Of a stretch of DNA of 64,000 nucleotides, positions 41,192-51,790 are shown piece after piece (within the stretch, counting starts at the first letter, position 1; each line of letters begins with the position of its first letter). Under the pieces are notes generated by a model. It was not told where the DNA came from. It searched no databases and saw only the letters and a program-made list of their open reading frames with translations. The DNA comes from Sedimentisphaerales bacterium (GTDB lineage: Bacteria > Planctomycetota > Phycisphaerae > Sedimentisphaerales > Anaerobacaceae): contig OY970194.1 of NCBI GenBank assembly GCA_963708075.1, positions 1,632,001-1,696,000 on the forward strand, in the 5' to 3' direction. Both the position numbers and the translations under genes were made by a program.

Positions 41192-41263
41192 GGGAAATCC
41201 AAAAAATGCAGGGAATTGTGGTTGCGCAGGGACCCCAGGAAATCCTGCAGCATCCTTCCAGGG

Positions 41264-41298
41264 AAAATAAAACGGGGCAGACTCGGAAGTCTGCCCCG
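41264..41298 (-). terminator. Intrinsic terminator of PEP-CTERM gene 2
   Basis: 11-bp perfect stem CGGGGCAGACT-N4-AGTCTGCCCCG followed by TTTTATTTT. Confidence 0.85.
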
Positions 41299-41335
41299 CG
41301 TGTGTATACGTGACTTCGTTAGACAGCCACCTGTA

Positions 41336-41977
41336 CTACAGGCTCTCACGTCTCCTGAGCCAACCGATCAGACTGGTGCCAATGGCAGCCAGAACGATCG
41401 CACCCGGAGCCGGAACAACCGGTGCCGGTGGCGGCGGTGGCGGAGGCGGATCCTGCTCGTACCAGTCCCACCTGTAGGTGACACTGAGCTGCGACCAACC
41501 CACAATCACGCCCGAACCTGTCTCACCGGTATCGATGTTGATGTCCACATCCAACATTCCATCCTCAAGACTGGCCAGAATGGCCGACAGATTGAATGTC
41601 GTCGTGGTCCAGGTGTCGGGAAGTCCCACCGGCGGCTTGACCAGATTGCCTAACACAGTGCCGTCAGCAATGATCTGGTCTGTCTCATCCGCTTGCCAGG
41701 CGTACACGGTCAGTGTAGCCGACTCGAGGGTGCGCACACCGGAGGCATCCGGAGACGGATCGCCAAGATACGTCACCGAATGATCCCAATCCCAATCCTG
41801 GTAGAAATACCGGTAACTGGTAGAGTTGTGACTAGGGCTGGCGCCGGTCGCCAGGAAATAGTTGCCATCAGTACCGAAGTTGGCAGTATCTCCTACCGTG
41901 TCCGGCAGCGTCATGGGGCCGGCTTGCGCCACCCCCATGGCCAGTAACACACTGGTCACCAACGCTATTCTTCGCAT
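41336..41977 (-). CDS. PEP-CTERM-type sorted protein with 8-Pro linker
   Basis: GGAGG SD; signal peptide MRRIALV...AQA; DPPPPPPPPAPVVPAPGAIVLAAIGTSLIGWLRRRESL. Confidence 0.85.
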   Translation of the reverse strand: MRRIALVTSVLLAMGVAQAGPMTLPDTVGDTANFGTDGNYFLATGASPSHNSTSYRYFYQDWDWDHSVTYLGDPSPDASGVRTLESATLTVYAWQADETDQIIADGTVLGNLVKPPVGLPDTWTTTTFNLSAILASLEDGMLDVDINIDTGETGSGVIVGWSQLSVTYRWDWYEQDPPPPPPPPAPVVPAPGAIVLAAIGTSLIGWLRRRESL

Positions 41978-42366
41978 AACTCCTCCATACTTCTCTTCCC
42001 CAGATCCGGCCATTCCGTCCACTGTTCGCGGCCTCGGCTGCACGGGAATCAACGTCTCCCGTCATCACCGAACTCCTTCGAACGCGCGTCGTTTCCGAAA
42101 CGATCCGAATCCAAGTCCGAGACTCGATACACGGTCAAGCTTTCAAAGGCTCCGTCCCCCCCGCCGCAGAGACGACCGTATCTCTCAGAACGACGAAGGT
42201 GTTTCGACACTCCTTTTTTCAAGGCGTTGACATGTAATGAACTGTTCCACTCACTAACGCCCAGACTCCGTGGTGGACGATCACATGACACTTCCACTTT
42301 CTCGACGAAAGGGCCTTGCGCACTGGCCCTTGCCCAGAGAGCGCATGTGTTGGTGTCGCAGCGGCG

Positions 42367-42627
42367 CTACGGAGGCCCACGTGGCACCTGCGCAGCCACC
42401 GGCTGAGACACGGGAGGTAAGTGTGGGTTTGAATGCCAGGTCATACTCAGGAATAAACGCCGCAGTGCGTTTTGGAGGCTTTGATATACGCGAGACAGGT
42501 TGGGAAGGACCCCGCCGGCCGGCAGGCAGAGCAGGTCGAAGGCTGCAGTAGAGGCATCACTGCCCAGAGGACGAGGGCCGGCACCGCCTTCCGCAGAAAC
42601 GGAAAGGGCCCGTCCATCACACCACAT
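42367..42627 (-). CDS. Leader ORF 2, 86 aa MW...RGPP-stop (candidate arrest peptide)
   Basis: GGGAGA ahead of ATGTGG; alternative in-frame GTG at 42648 after GGAGGAGG; ends VPRGPP*. Confidence 0.55.
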   Translation of the reverse strand: MWCDGRALSVSAEGGAGPRPLGSDASTAAFDLLCLPAGGVLPNLSRVYQSLQNALRRLFLSMTWHSNPHLPPVSQPVAAQVPRGPP

Positions 42628-42804
42628 TCTCCCGCTGTTTTCCAGCACCGCTCCTCCTCCTAATCCAATGCCCGAACGCATATCATACCGATGACGATCC
42701 CGCGCTCGCGCACAATCAGGAATTCTTCCTTCTCCTGATACGCTTTCCCTCGAAATAAGTAGCGGTGGGAGCCCTCCTCCAGTGAGGCACCAACTATACA
42801 ATGC

Positions 42805-42834
42805 ATTCTATACTTGGTATCCGCCTGCCGTCAA
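42805..42834 (-). promoter_or_regulatory. sigma70-like promoter of leader 2
   Basis: TTGACG-N16-TATAGA or N18-TAGAAT. Confidence 0.5.
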
Positions 42835-43161
42835 GGACTTTCTCGGAAAATGGCAGAAATAGTCCACCCACCGTGGTCTTCAGAATGCATCGCGACCTAG
42901 CGCCGGGGATACTGCACGGCGTGTTGATACTTCATGTTGTTATACCATAACACTGGTACTATTTATGTGGTAGACATGGAGTGTGACGATACTGATTGGT
43001 CACAAGGGGAATGCGTAGGGTGCGGCAGGATGTGACAGAGGAGACTGGCCCCCGCCTCTACGGCCGATGGAAGGTGGGCGAGCAGATGGCGGGAGCGATG
43101 AAGTGTCCAAGAGGAACCGTTGAGCCTGGTCCGGCGCGGGCGAGGCCATCAGGCTGTACCG

Positions 43162-43470
43162 CTATTTCGCCTCGCCAAGGAACTTCAGAAGCATGTTGAT
43201 CTTGTCTTTGACTTTGATTTTGCGGTAGATATTGCGGATATGGACCTGCACCGTGGCAGGTTGGATATGGAGGGACTCAGCGATGCGGCTGTTGCGCAGC
43301 CCCTGGCACGCGAGGTCAGCGATCTGCACCTCCCGTGGGGTCAACTCGTACCGGCTCCGGAGAAAGGACCATTGGCGCTCGCTGAGCACGGAGAGGGCGC
43401 GCCCCTGCCCCGGCCGGTCCGTGACCGGGCGGTCCGGTTCTCGGGCATCGAGCGACCGGTCCATCATCAT
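43162..43470 (-). CDS. Stand-alone LuxR-type HTH regulator
   Basis: LTPREVQIA.L...G.RN..IA..L.I...TV.VHIRNIY.K; no receiver domain. Confidence 0.88.
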   Translation of the reverse strand: MMMDRSLDAREPDRPVTDRPGQGRALSVLSERQWSFLRSRYELTPREVQIADLACQGLRNSRIAESLHIQPATVQVHIRNIYRKIKVKDKINMLLKFLGEAK

Positions 43471-46400
43471 TGGCCTTTCAGCAGTTGATCAAGGAGAAGC
43501 CTGGCCTCAGCCTGGTCCTCGGGCGGCAAGTGTCTTGCCGGATCCATCGCCTCCTTGAGGGCCTGCTGAGCCTGCGTGGTGCGCCTCATCTTGGCATACG
43601 CGCGGGCCAGATGGAAATACGCGCTGGCCAGTGGCCCGGCATTTCCCGGATACAGTTCGACGCACCGGGCCAAGTCCTCCGCCGCCTTTTCGGATTGCCC
43701 CAGCCGGTAGAGGATGACTCCTCGTGTCTCCAAGACGTCCACGTAGTGCGGCGCAATCTTCAGTCCCTTATCCGCCAGTTCCAGCGCTTCCTTGTACTGC
43801 CCGTTCTGCTCACAAAGGGCCCAGGCTAGATTGTTCAAGGCAACAATGTTGTTCGGGTCCAGTTCAAGAACCTTCTGGTTCAGCGCGACGGCTTCCGCTG
43901 TGCGTCCCATCTGCTGCACCAGCATGGCGAGGGAGGTCACGACGGGGATAGACTTCGGTGTGCGCTGCGCGGCCGCCGTCAGGAGGCTCTCGGCCATTTT
44001 GATCGCCTCCGGACTGCCCTGCGCTGAGAGCGAGCGGGCCACAGTCGAGACAACGAAGCCGTCCTCAGGATGCTTCGCGACCCAGTTCGCCACCTGCTCG
44101 GCTACTTCCGTCCAGCGTTCATCCGAGGCCAGCAGGGCCGCCAGCGTCGCCGGAGGGATCGGATTGTTGGGCTCGGCCTTCATACGCGCTTCGAGAATGG
44201 ATCGGCCCTCGGTCCTGTTCCCGCTCCTGTACAGAGCCCTGGCCAGACGTCTCTCGATCTGGACGTCATTCGGATACTGTTCCAGCAGGGTCTGCAACGT
44301 GGGCGCCGCCAGTATCGGGGAGCGAGCTTCTTCCGCGTCGGCCTTGAGTAACAGCAGATCCCTGTCCCGCTCATTGTGGCTCAAGCCGCTCAAAGCCATA
44401 TCCAAGGCTTTTCCGGGTTGCCCTTGTTCTAACTCCAATCTGCCCAGCAGATGCCACGCCTGCGATAGTTGCGGCCGAGATACCGTGATTTCCCGCAACA
44501 GCCGTTGTCCCTGAGTGATAGCCGGCCTCGTGCCCCTGCTCAGCAGGAACTGCGATTTCAGGAGCTTGAGCCCGGGATCGTTCGAATCGGCGGCACAGGC
44601 CTTATCGAGCGTCGCCTCGGCCTCCTGCATCAGCCTGGGACTGCCGGAAGCCAGGCACAGTGGAATCGCGTCATTCAGTACGGACGGGTTCCTCGCGGAC
44701 AGGTCCAACGCCTTGCGAACGTCCTGGATGGCCTCGTCCCTGCGACCGATGGCTTGGTGGAATCTGGCCCGTGCCACCCGGGTGCCGGCGTTGTCCGGGG
44801 CTTTGGCGACGGCCTGCGCGAAATCCGCCGACGCCTTCTCGTATTCTTGCAGGCCGACATAGGTCCGCGCGCGCAGCAGATACGCAGCCGCGTGGTCGGT
44901 CTTCTGTACCATTTCATCGCACAGCCGCACGGCGGCCTGCGCGTTCCCACGAAGCATGTGCAACTGGACCGTGGCTTGAGCAATGGAAATAGACTGGGAC
45001 ACCTTGGCCTCAAGCCCCTTGAGAATGACCTCTGCGTCATCGAGCTGGCCCTGAGCCATGTAGATGGTTGCCAGAGCCAGTCTGGAGTCCACGTCGTTCG
45101 GCTCCTTCCGAACAAGCTGCTGCAGGGTACCCGAGGCGGAATCAAAATCGCCGCGGCGCGCCTGGTCCCGCCATCGCATCCTCTGGCCCTGCAATTCAAG
45201 CTTCTCGAGATCCGGATGGTAAAGCTGCCGCTCGCCGGCCTGTTTGAGAATTCGCTCCGCTTCCTCCTGCTCGCCGTTCTTTTGGAGGGCGGCGACCGTC
45301 TGCATGATGATGACGATGTTATTGGGTGCGCGCCTGAGCGCTTCCCGGTATGCCGACAAAGCCAACTGCTTCTGGTTGGCCCTGTCATGCGCCGCCGCGA
45401 GAAGCAACCGGCTCGCCTGGTCGTTTGGATTGGCCAGCAGGTTCTCCTGCAGGAGCGCGGCGGTTTGCGTGTAGTAACGGGCTCGGAAGACATTCGGATC
45501 CGCAACCATAGCAGGATTCACCCAGACTCTAGCCTGCTCGTACCGCCATTGCCAGCCGGCCTGCCCCTCCAATGACTTGATCCGGTCTACCAGCGTCTGA
45601 GCCTGCTGAGCGTTCGCGACGACAGCAGGACATGTTAGAAGCTGGCGTTTGACCTGAATATCGTTTGGGAATTGTACGGCCATATCCGTGAGCCACGGGT
45701 GCAGATCACTCTCCCTCGACCAGAACCGATACAGGGAAGCCAGAAGCAGTCCAAGGTCACGCCGGGCCTCAGGCGACTGCATCCGTGCGATCGCCTGCTT
45801 GATCACGGACTCGCATTGCTGCGGATCTTTCTGCCGGTTGAGCAGCAGGGCAAGAGTCTGCACGGGCTCGATCACTTGAGGGAACTGCTCCGTGGCCCCG
45901 CGCCAGAGCCGTGGCCTCCGCAACCTTGTCCTGGCCGGCCAAAACCTCAACTTCCATAAGGGTCGCCCGGAGGTCCGAAGGGTTCTTGCTGCGCATCTCC
46001 TCCAGGAGCTTGACGGCCTCAGCAGCTTTGCCCTGTCTGGTCATGGCCTGGGCCAGAAGGAACTTGACCTGGACAGATCCCCCCATCGCCTGATCGACCT
46101 GTGCCAATTGCTTCTCGATCTCCTGCCAGGCCTGCTCGCGATTTGGCGTCGATCCATCGGCTTCCGCCAGCAGGAATATCCGACTCTGCAGCTCCAGCAA
46201 TATCGCTTCCGCGTGGCCGGGGATCAGTCGCTGCACTTCGCGCGCTTGCTCCAAAGCGCCGGCCCAGTTTCTTGCGCGAATCATCAGCCGGGCCAGGGTC
46301 AGCCGGCCCTCGACGCTCGTGCGATCCTCCGTGACCAGGGTTTGCAGTTGAACGTTCGCGGACTGGAGGTCACCCAGTTGGGCGTACGTGGACGCGAGCA

Positions 46401-47616
46401 TGATGCGCACCGGCACCTTGGCGCCAAGCCCGCCCGCGTACCAGTATTCTTTCAATCCCTGCCCCACGACGTCCCGCCAACGAGCGACAGCCTCCCAGAG
46501 GTCGCCTCTGCTGGCAGCCACGAGGCCGTCAAGAAAGGTCAGCAGTTCCGGCTGCAAACCTTTCTGCCGCATCCGGGACACGCATTCCTGAGCCTTCTCC
46601 GGCTGATTGGCGGCAGCGAAGAGCTCGGTAGCCGTTGGCAGAAAATCCCAGGGGTATGCGGCCAGTTCCTTCAGTCCGTTTTCCGCTACGGTTGCCTTCT
46701 CCTGTGCCGAGCCGCCGGACATCACGGCGGCCGCCCAGCTCTGCCACAGCGATACTCTTCCGGGCATCTTGGCCTGTAGAACGGTGAGATGCTCTTTGGC
46801 CCTCTCAGACGCCTGTATCCTGAGCAGCTCTTGCACCAGGCGCAGATGGACGTCCACATCGTCAAGACTGCATTTCGCCGCCTGTTCGAAGTCCGCTATC
46901 GCCTGATCTCGGTGCCGGAGCCGGCTGTGGAACGCACCACGAGCGATATAGGCCATCGCGGACTGTGGATTTGCGGCCACCGCCTTGTCAAACCAGTCCG
47001 CCGCCGGCGTGTTCACATCTGTGGGACGCTCCTCCAAGGCCAGCAATCCCAGCATCTCATAAGCCGGGACAGCGTCAGGATGATCTTTGATCAAGTCGAT
47101 AAGCACCTTGGCGGTCTCTGCATATTTCCGCTGCCCGTAGAGGGCACGCGCCAACATCCGCCGCAGTTCCGGATCATCCCTGCTTTGCAGGTATTTGGAC
47201 GCGACGGCTGCCGCCTCGTCCGGACGCGAATAGGGCCTTTCGAGGAGGAGCTCGACAAGACACTTCGCCGCTTCCACATTGCCCACATCCACACGCAGGA
47301 TGGATTGATAGGTCGCGACCGCACGCTCGACGTGCCCCTGAGTACGCGGTCTTCGCTTGCGCTGAGCATCGGCGTACTTCAGCATTGCCGGGAGATCGTC
47401 ATTGCGGACTTCCACGTACCGGCCGAGCTGTTCCGCCGCTTCATCCCAATTCTCCTGGGCATACGCTTGCTCGCCGCGGGGCAGCGCACGCTCCGCACGA
47501 GTGCTTTTCTGCCAGCGGTGCAACGAGAAGACAGCCCCTGCAAAAACCGTAATCGCCACGACAAGAACGATCGCCAGCGTCCAGTTGAAGTACCGTCTTG
47601 CCATTCGTTTGTCCAT
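43467..47616 (-). CDS. Very large membrane-anchored TPR protein (PrsT-like), frameshift near 45900
   Basis: N-terminal TM, then many TPRs, ending ALNNLAW...VLETRG.ILY. Confidence 0.8.
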
Positions 47617-47717
47617 CCTTTCTGATCAGAGCATAAGGCTCGGGATCGACTGCGGCATCCGGGTCGGCTTGCGCACAGCCGTGTTCGGCGCCCGTCGCGA
47701 AGATTTCTGTGTCGCCG

Positions 47718-49477
47718 CTAGAACTGGTTGATGAAATTGGCGGTCATTCTCTTGAACGTTCGCCAACAGATCCACAGATCCAGGCGCCATGAGAGATCAC
47801 GGACGTACCGGGTATCGTAGTGGATCCACTCCTGAAAGTCCTTCATGGGCTCCCGCGTTCTGCAGATTTGCCACAGGCCGGTGATGCCGGGGCGGACAGA
47901 AAGCCGCGCGTCACGCCACCAGGGGCACAGTGTATTCTCAGACTCCGGCGAGGGACGCGGACCCACCACGCTCATGTCGCCTCTCAGCACATTGTAGAAC
48001 TGCGGTATCTCATCGAGGTAGGTCTCCCGCAAAAATCGGCCCACCGTCGTGATGCGGGGATCATCCGCCATTTTGAACTGCGGACCATCCACCTCACTGA
48101 TGAATCGCAGCTTGTCCTGCAGCTTGTCGGCCCCGACTCGCATGGTTCGGAATTTGACGCAACTGAAAGGTCGGCCATGGAGTCCCTGTCGTCTGTCCCG
48201 GAAGAGCATCGGTCCGGGCGAGCTGAGCTTGATGGCCAGGGCAATGAACGGGATGATCGGCGCAAAGAGAACAAGAACGACGACAGCCGCGATCACGTCC
48301 ACCACGCGTTTGAGGCATCTGGCGTATGAGAATCGGGACCAACTGCGAAAGGCGGCGGTGTCCTGCGAGCGAGTGCCTGCGGAGCAGCGATACATCGTGC
48401 TGCCCGGAGAGCGTCCACCTGCGGGCGACCCGGATGGGGCGACCAGGGAATGCCTGACCACCTGGTCGCGGGCAACCTCGCCGTGACGTCCCACGATGGA
48501 GGCATCGACCACAGCGCCGGTCCGGACTGTGCTGTGATCGCAGAGAATGCTGGGCCCTATGATCACAGCGTCAGACTCCACGCATACCTGTTCGCCGAGC
48601 AACACCGGGCCGACAAATCGCGACTGCGGCGAGATGCCGCCGTTGCCGCCCGATGAAGCCACACCCTGCTCCCCCGCCACCGCCTGGTGCGCCGGGCAAC
48701 AGGACGTGTCGGCCAGCGCGATTGCCGCGAGGGACAATAATCCTTCCTCCGTCCCCAGATCGACGGACGATCCGGCCACGGCGATCGATTTCACGTGCGA
48801 CCCGCGCGCCGGAGCTTCTCAACGGCAGCCTGGAATTCCGCAGGCAATCCCCCGTCCAGGATCGTGCGGGCCGCCTCGCCTCTCACGTAGAGATGGTGAG
48901 GCCAATCCGCAGGCATGGGGATCGGCTCCATCGAATCGCAATACAACCGCCGATAGCCGACGAGCTGTCCCTGCTGTGTCAGGCGGACCCGCTCGCGGTA
49001 GGCGGAAAGGTCGGGGTCAGCCGTTACCGCAACAGCATCGGCGCCCGCGTCGGCAAGTCCCTGCTCGAGCCGCTGGCGGCTCATCCGTGACACGAAACGC
49101 CCGTTGGAGATCACCAGCCAGGAATTCCCGGCAATACTCCGGAGCATTTCGGGGTCAATAACGACGGTGTCCGTGTAGATGACTTTTTGTCCGAGATTCT
49201 CGGGGAACACCGTCTGCCACTCGTGAGGAACCGCCCAAATCGCGCGTTGTGCCGGAACGTTGTCTGCGCAGTGCGCGGGGCGGCCGAGAACATCGAGAAC
49301 GATACGGCCCAGAGGGGCCGCGGACAAGGCGTACTCGAGGAAATCCGGCTCACGCCCCGGTCCGCCGGGTCTGCCCCGCCGCAGGACAACCAGCCTGACG
49401 ATCGGGTCGGACTGCACGGCAAGCGTCACATCGCTGGCGGCCACGGCACTACGCTTCTTGATCACCCGCGTCGACAT
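47718..49477 (-). CDS. Priming sugar transferase (WcaJ/WbaP catalytic domain) with N-terminal degenerate nucleotidyltransferase + left-handed beta-helix; split at 48791-48794
   Basis: KR.VD, KFRTM, DPRIT.VGRFLR.T.LDE.PQF.NVL.GDMSVVGPRP, PGITGLWQ; upstream VDLGT and hexapeptide repeats. Confidence 0.82.
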
Positions 49478-51773
49478 CCGGTTCTCATCCCTGCGTCCGT
49501 CTCTTCGCCGTGCGTGAGAAGCAACATCCTCTTGGCCCTGCGGCCCTTGTACTTCGGCTGCGACCCTGCGGGCCGGTAACTGTAGCCGGTGCGGTACAAG
49601 CTGTGATATACCGGCACGTTGCTCAGCACGGCTCCAAGCACGTGTGCACGGATCCGATCAAACCGCTCCCGGGCCTCTTTCAGCTCAGGACCCGTCGTCT
49701 GACCGGCGAAACTGACGAGTACTACCGCATCCATCAGCTTCGCCCACACCAGGGCATCTGGAAATGACAGCGCCGGCGGCGTATCCACGATCACATGATC
49801 GTACTGCCGACTCAGTTTCTCGATCTGTTCCGCTGCCATCGTCGAGGTCAGCAGCTCATAGGTATCGGCCAGATTCCTGGGGTTGGCCACGAGCACGTGC
49901 AAGCCGCTCGACGCCACCATATGAATCGCATCATTGGGATTGCCCCCCAGCAGAACATCCTGCAGCCCGGTGGAGCCGTTGAGGATGCCCAGCATGTAGC
50001 CGATATCGGGCTTGCGAAGATCGCCGTCGATCAGGAGCACCTTCTTGCCCGATTTGGCGAGACTCGTCGCCAGGTTCACGGCGAACGTGGTCTTGCCCTC
50101 CCGCATCCCGGCGCTGCTGACAGCCAGTTTCTTGGGCATGCCCCCGGCGGTCAGCAGAGACAGGTTCGTCCGAATCGTCTGGTAGTCGCTGGCCAGGTGT
50201 TCGGCGAACAGGGCCGCTTTGATCGTGCGGGAACTCGTCGTGGTGCCGATGACGGGCAGGTCAAGCTGCCGGGTGACATCATCGGGGGACTGCAGGGTCT
50301 TGTCCATCCGATCCCGCAGGATCGCCAGACCGAAACCACAGCCCAGCGCCAGGAAAACCACCACAGCCGAATACTTGGCCCGCTTGTCTTCGATGCTGGT
50401 GATTTCCGGCTGGCCGATCGGCTGAATCCGAGGCGCCCGCTGCATCTCCATCTGGATGTCGCTGATCCGGCGCAGGATCTGATCGTGAAGCTGCTGATTC
50501 GTGGCCAGCGAAAACTCTATGTCCTGCAGGTTCACGCTCGCTTTTCCGACCTCGCGCGTCGTCGTCTCCTGCGATTTCAAGGCCTCACGCAGATTGGTTT
50601 CATACAGCTGGATCTGGTCGCGCTCGGCTTTGAGCGCCGCCATTCTCATCTTGGTCGTTGACGCGGTACGATCGGCGACCTGCGTCTCGAATTCCTGCGT
50701 CAGTTCCTGTTCTTTCGCCTTGAGGCTCTCTTCAAAACTCGTCAGCAACTGCTGTTGGCGGGCAAGCTCAGGATTCTCAGCGCCAGCCTCTGCCTGGCGA
50801 TGAGGATGTCCCGCCTGAGCTGCACGATATTCGTGGTCAGCTCCTTCACCATCGAATCGGCGGCGATGTACTCCTTGCGGGCGGCGATCAACTGCTCCGG
50901 AGGGGTGTTGGTGTCGCTGGCCTGCTCGATCGCAGCAATGGTCGCACCCAGACCGATTCGGCGGGATTCCAGCCGGGCCGCCTCCGTCCACAACGTCGTC
51001 TGACGCTGCATTTCCATCTGTTGCCGGCTGTCCAACTGCGTGGTCCCGTATGGCTGAGAAAGCGTGCTGATCTCGGTGTGCTGCTGGGCGATCTTCGTCG
51101 CCAGGGCTTTCTCCTGGTCGTCGAGTCTGCGAAGCGTCACGTCCGTCTGTCTGGCGGAATCGAGGCCATACTTGCTCTGATAATTGCTGATGAACGCGTC
51201 AATGATCCGTCTCGCCTCGCCATCGTTTCTGCTTCTTACGGTCACACTGATGATCTCCGTTCGGCGCAGCGGAGCGGCCGTAATCGTCCCTTTCGTGATG
51301 GCCCTCCTCAGAACGTCGACCGGCTCCCTCGTACGCGGAGCGATCCTGAACAGCCTCGCGATTCGGTCGACAGGATCATTTGCATCTTCCCGGAAGAACG
51401 ACAGGTTCATCGGCTGGAGCTCGTCCGCCACTCCCTGCAGCACGGCTGAGCTCAGGATCTTGGCCGCCTGGGTGTTGAGGTAGCTGTCGTAATCAGAGAT
51501 CTCGCCCCGATCCGGCTCTCCTGTGAGGATACGCGGCAGGACAGGGGCCACGTGGATGGCGCCCGTCACAACGTAACGAGGCTTGATCAGCAGCCAGATC
51601 GCCGGCAGCACCAACACGGCGATCAACACGGAGACAAGAGCCACGATGTACCAGCGGCGGCGCAGAGCATCCAGGACGCTCGGCGGCATCGGTTGCTCGG
51701 GCTGTACCGGCGAATCGTAGATCACAGGCTTCTGCTCGATCACCTGATCTAAATATTTTTCCAGATTGTTCAT
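49462..51773 (-). CDS. wzc: Wzc-like polysaccharide co-polymerase / BY-kinase, frameshift near 50780
   Basis: LRRRW + TM, coiled coil, TM, SSAGMREGKTT, IDGDLRKP, IVDTPP, C-terminal Tyr cluster. Confidence 0.88.
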
Positions 51774-51790
51774 AGGACCATTCTCCCGTT

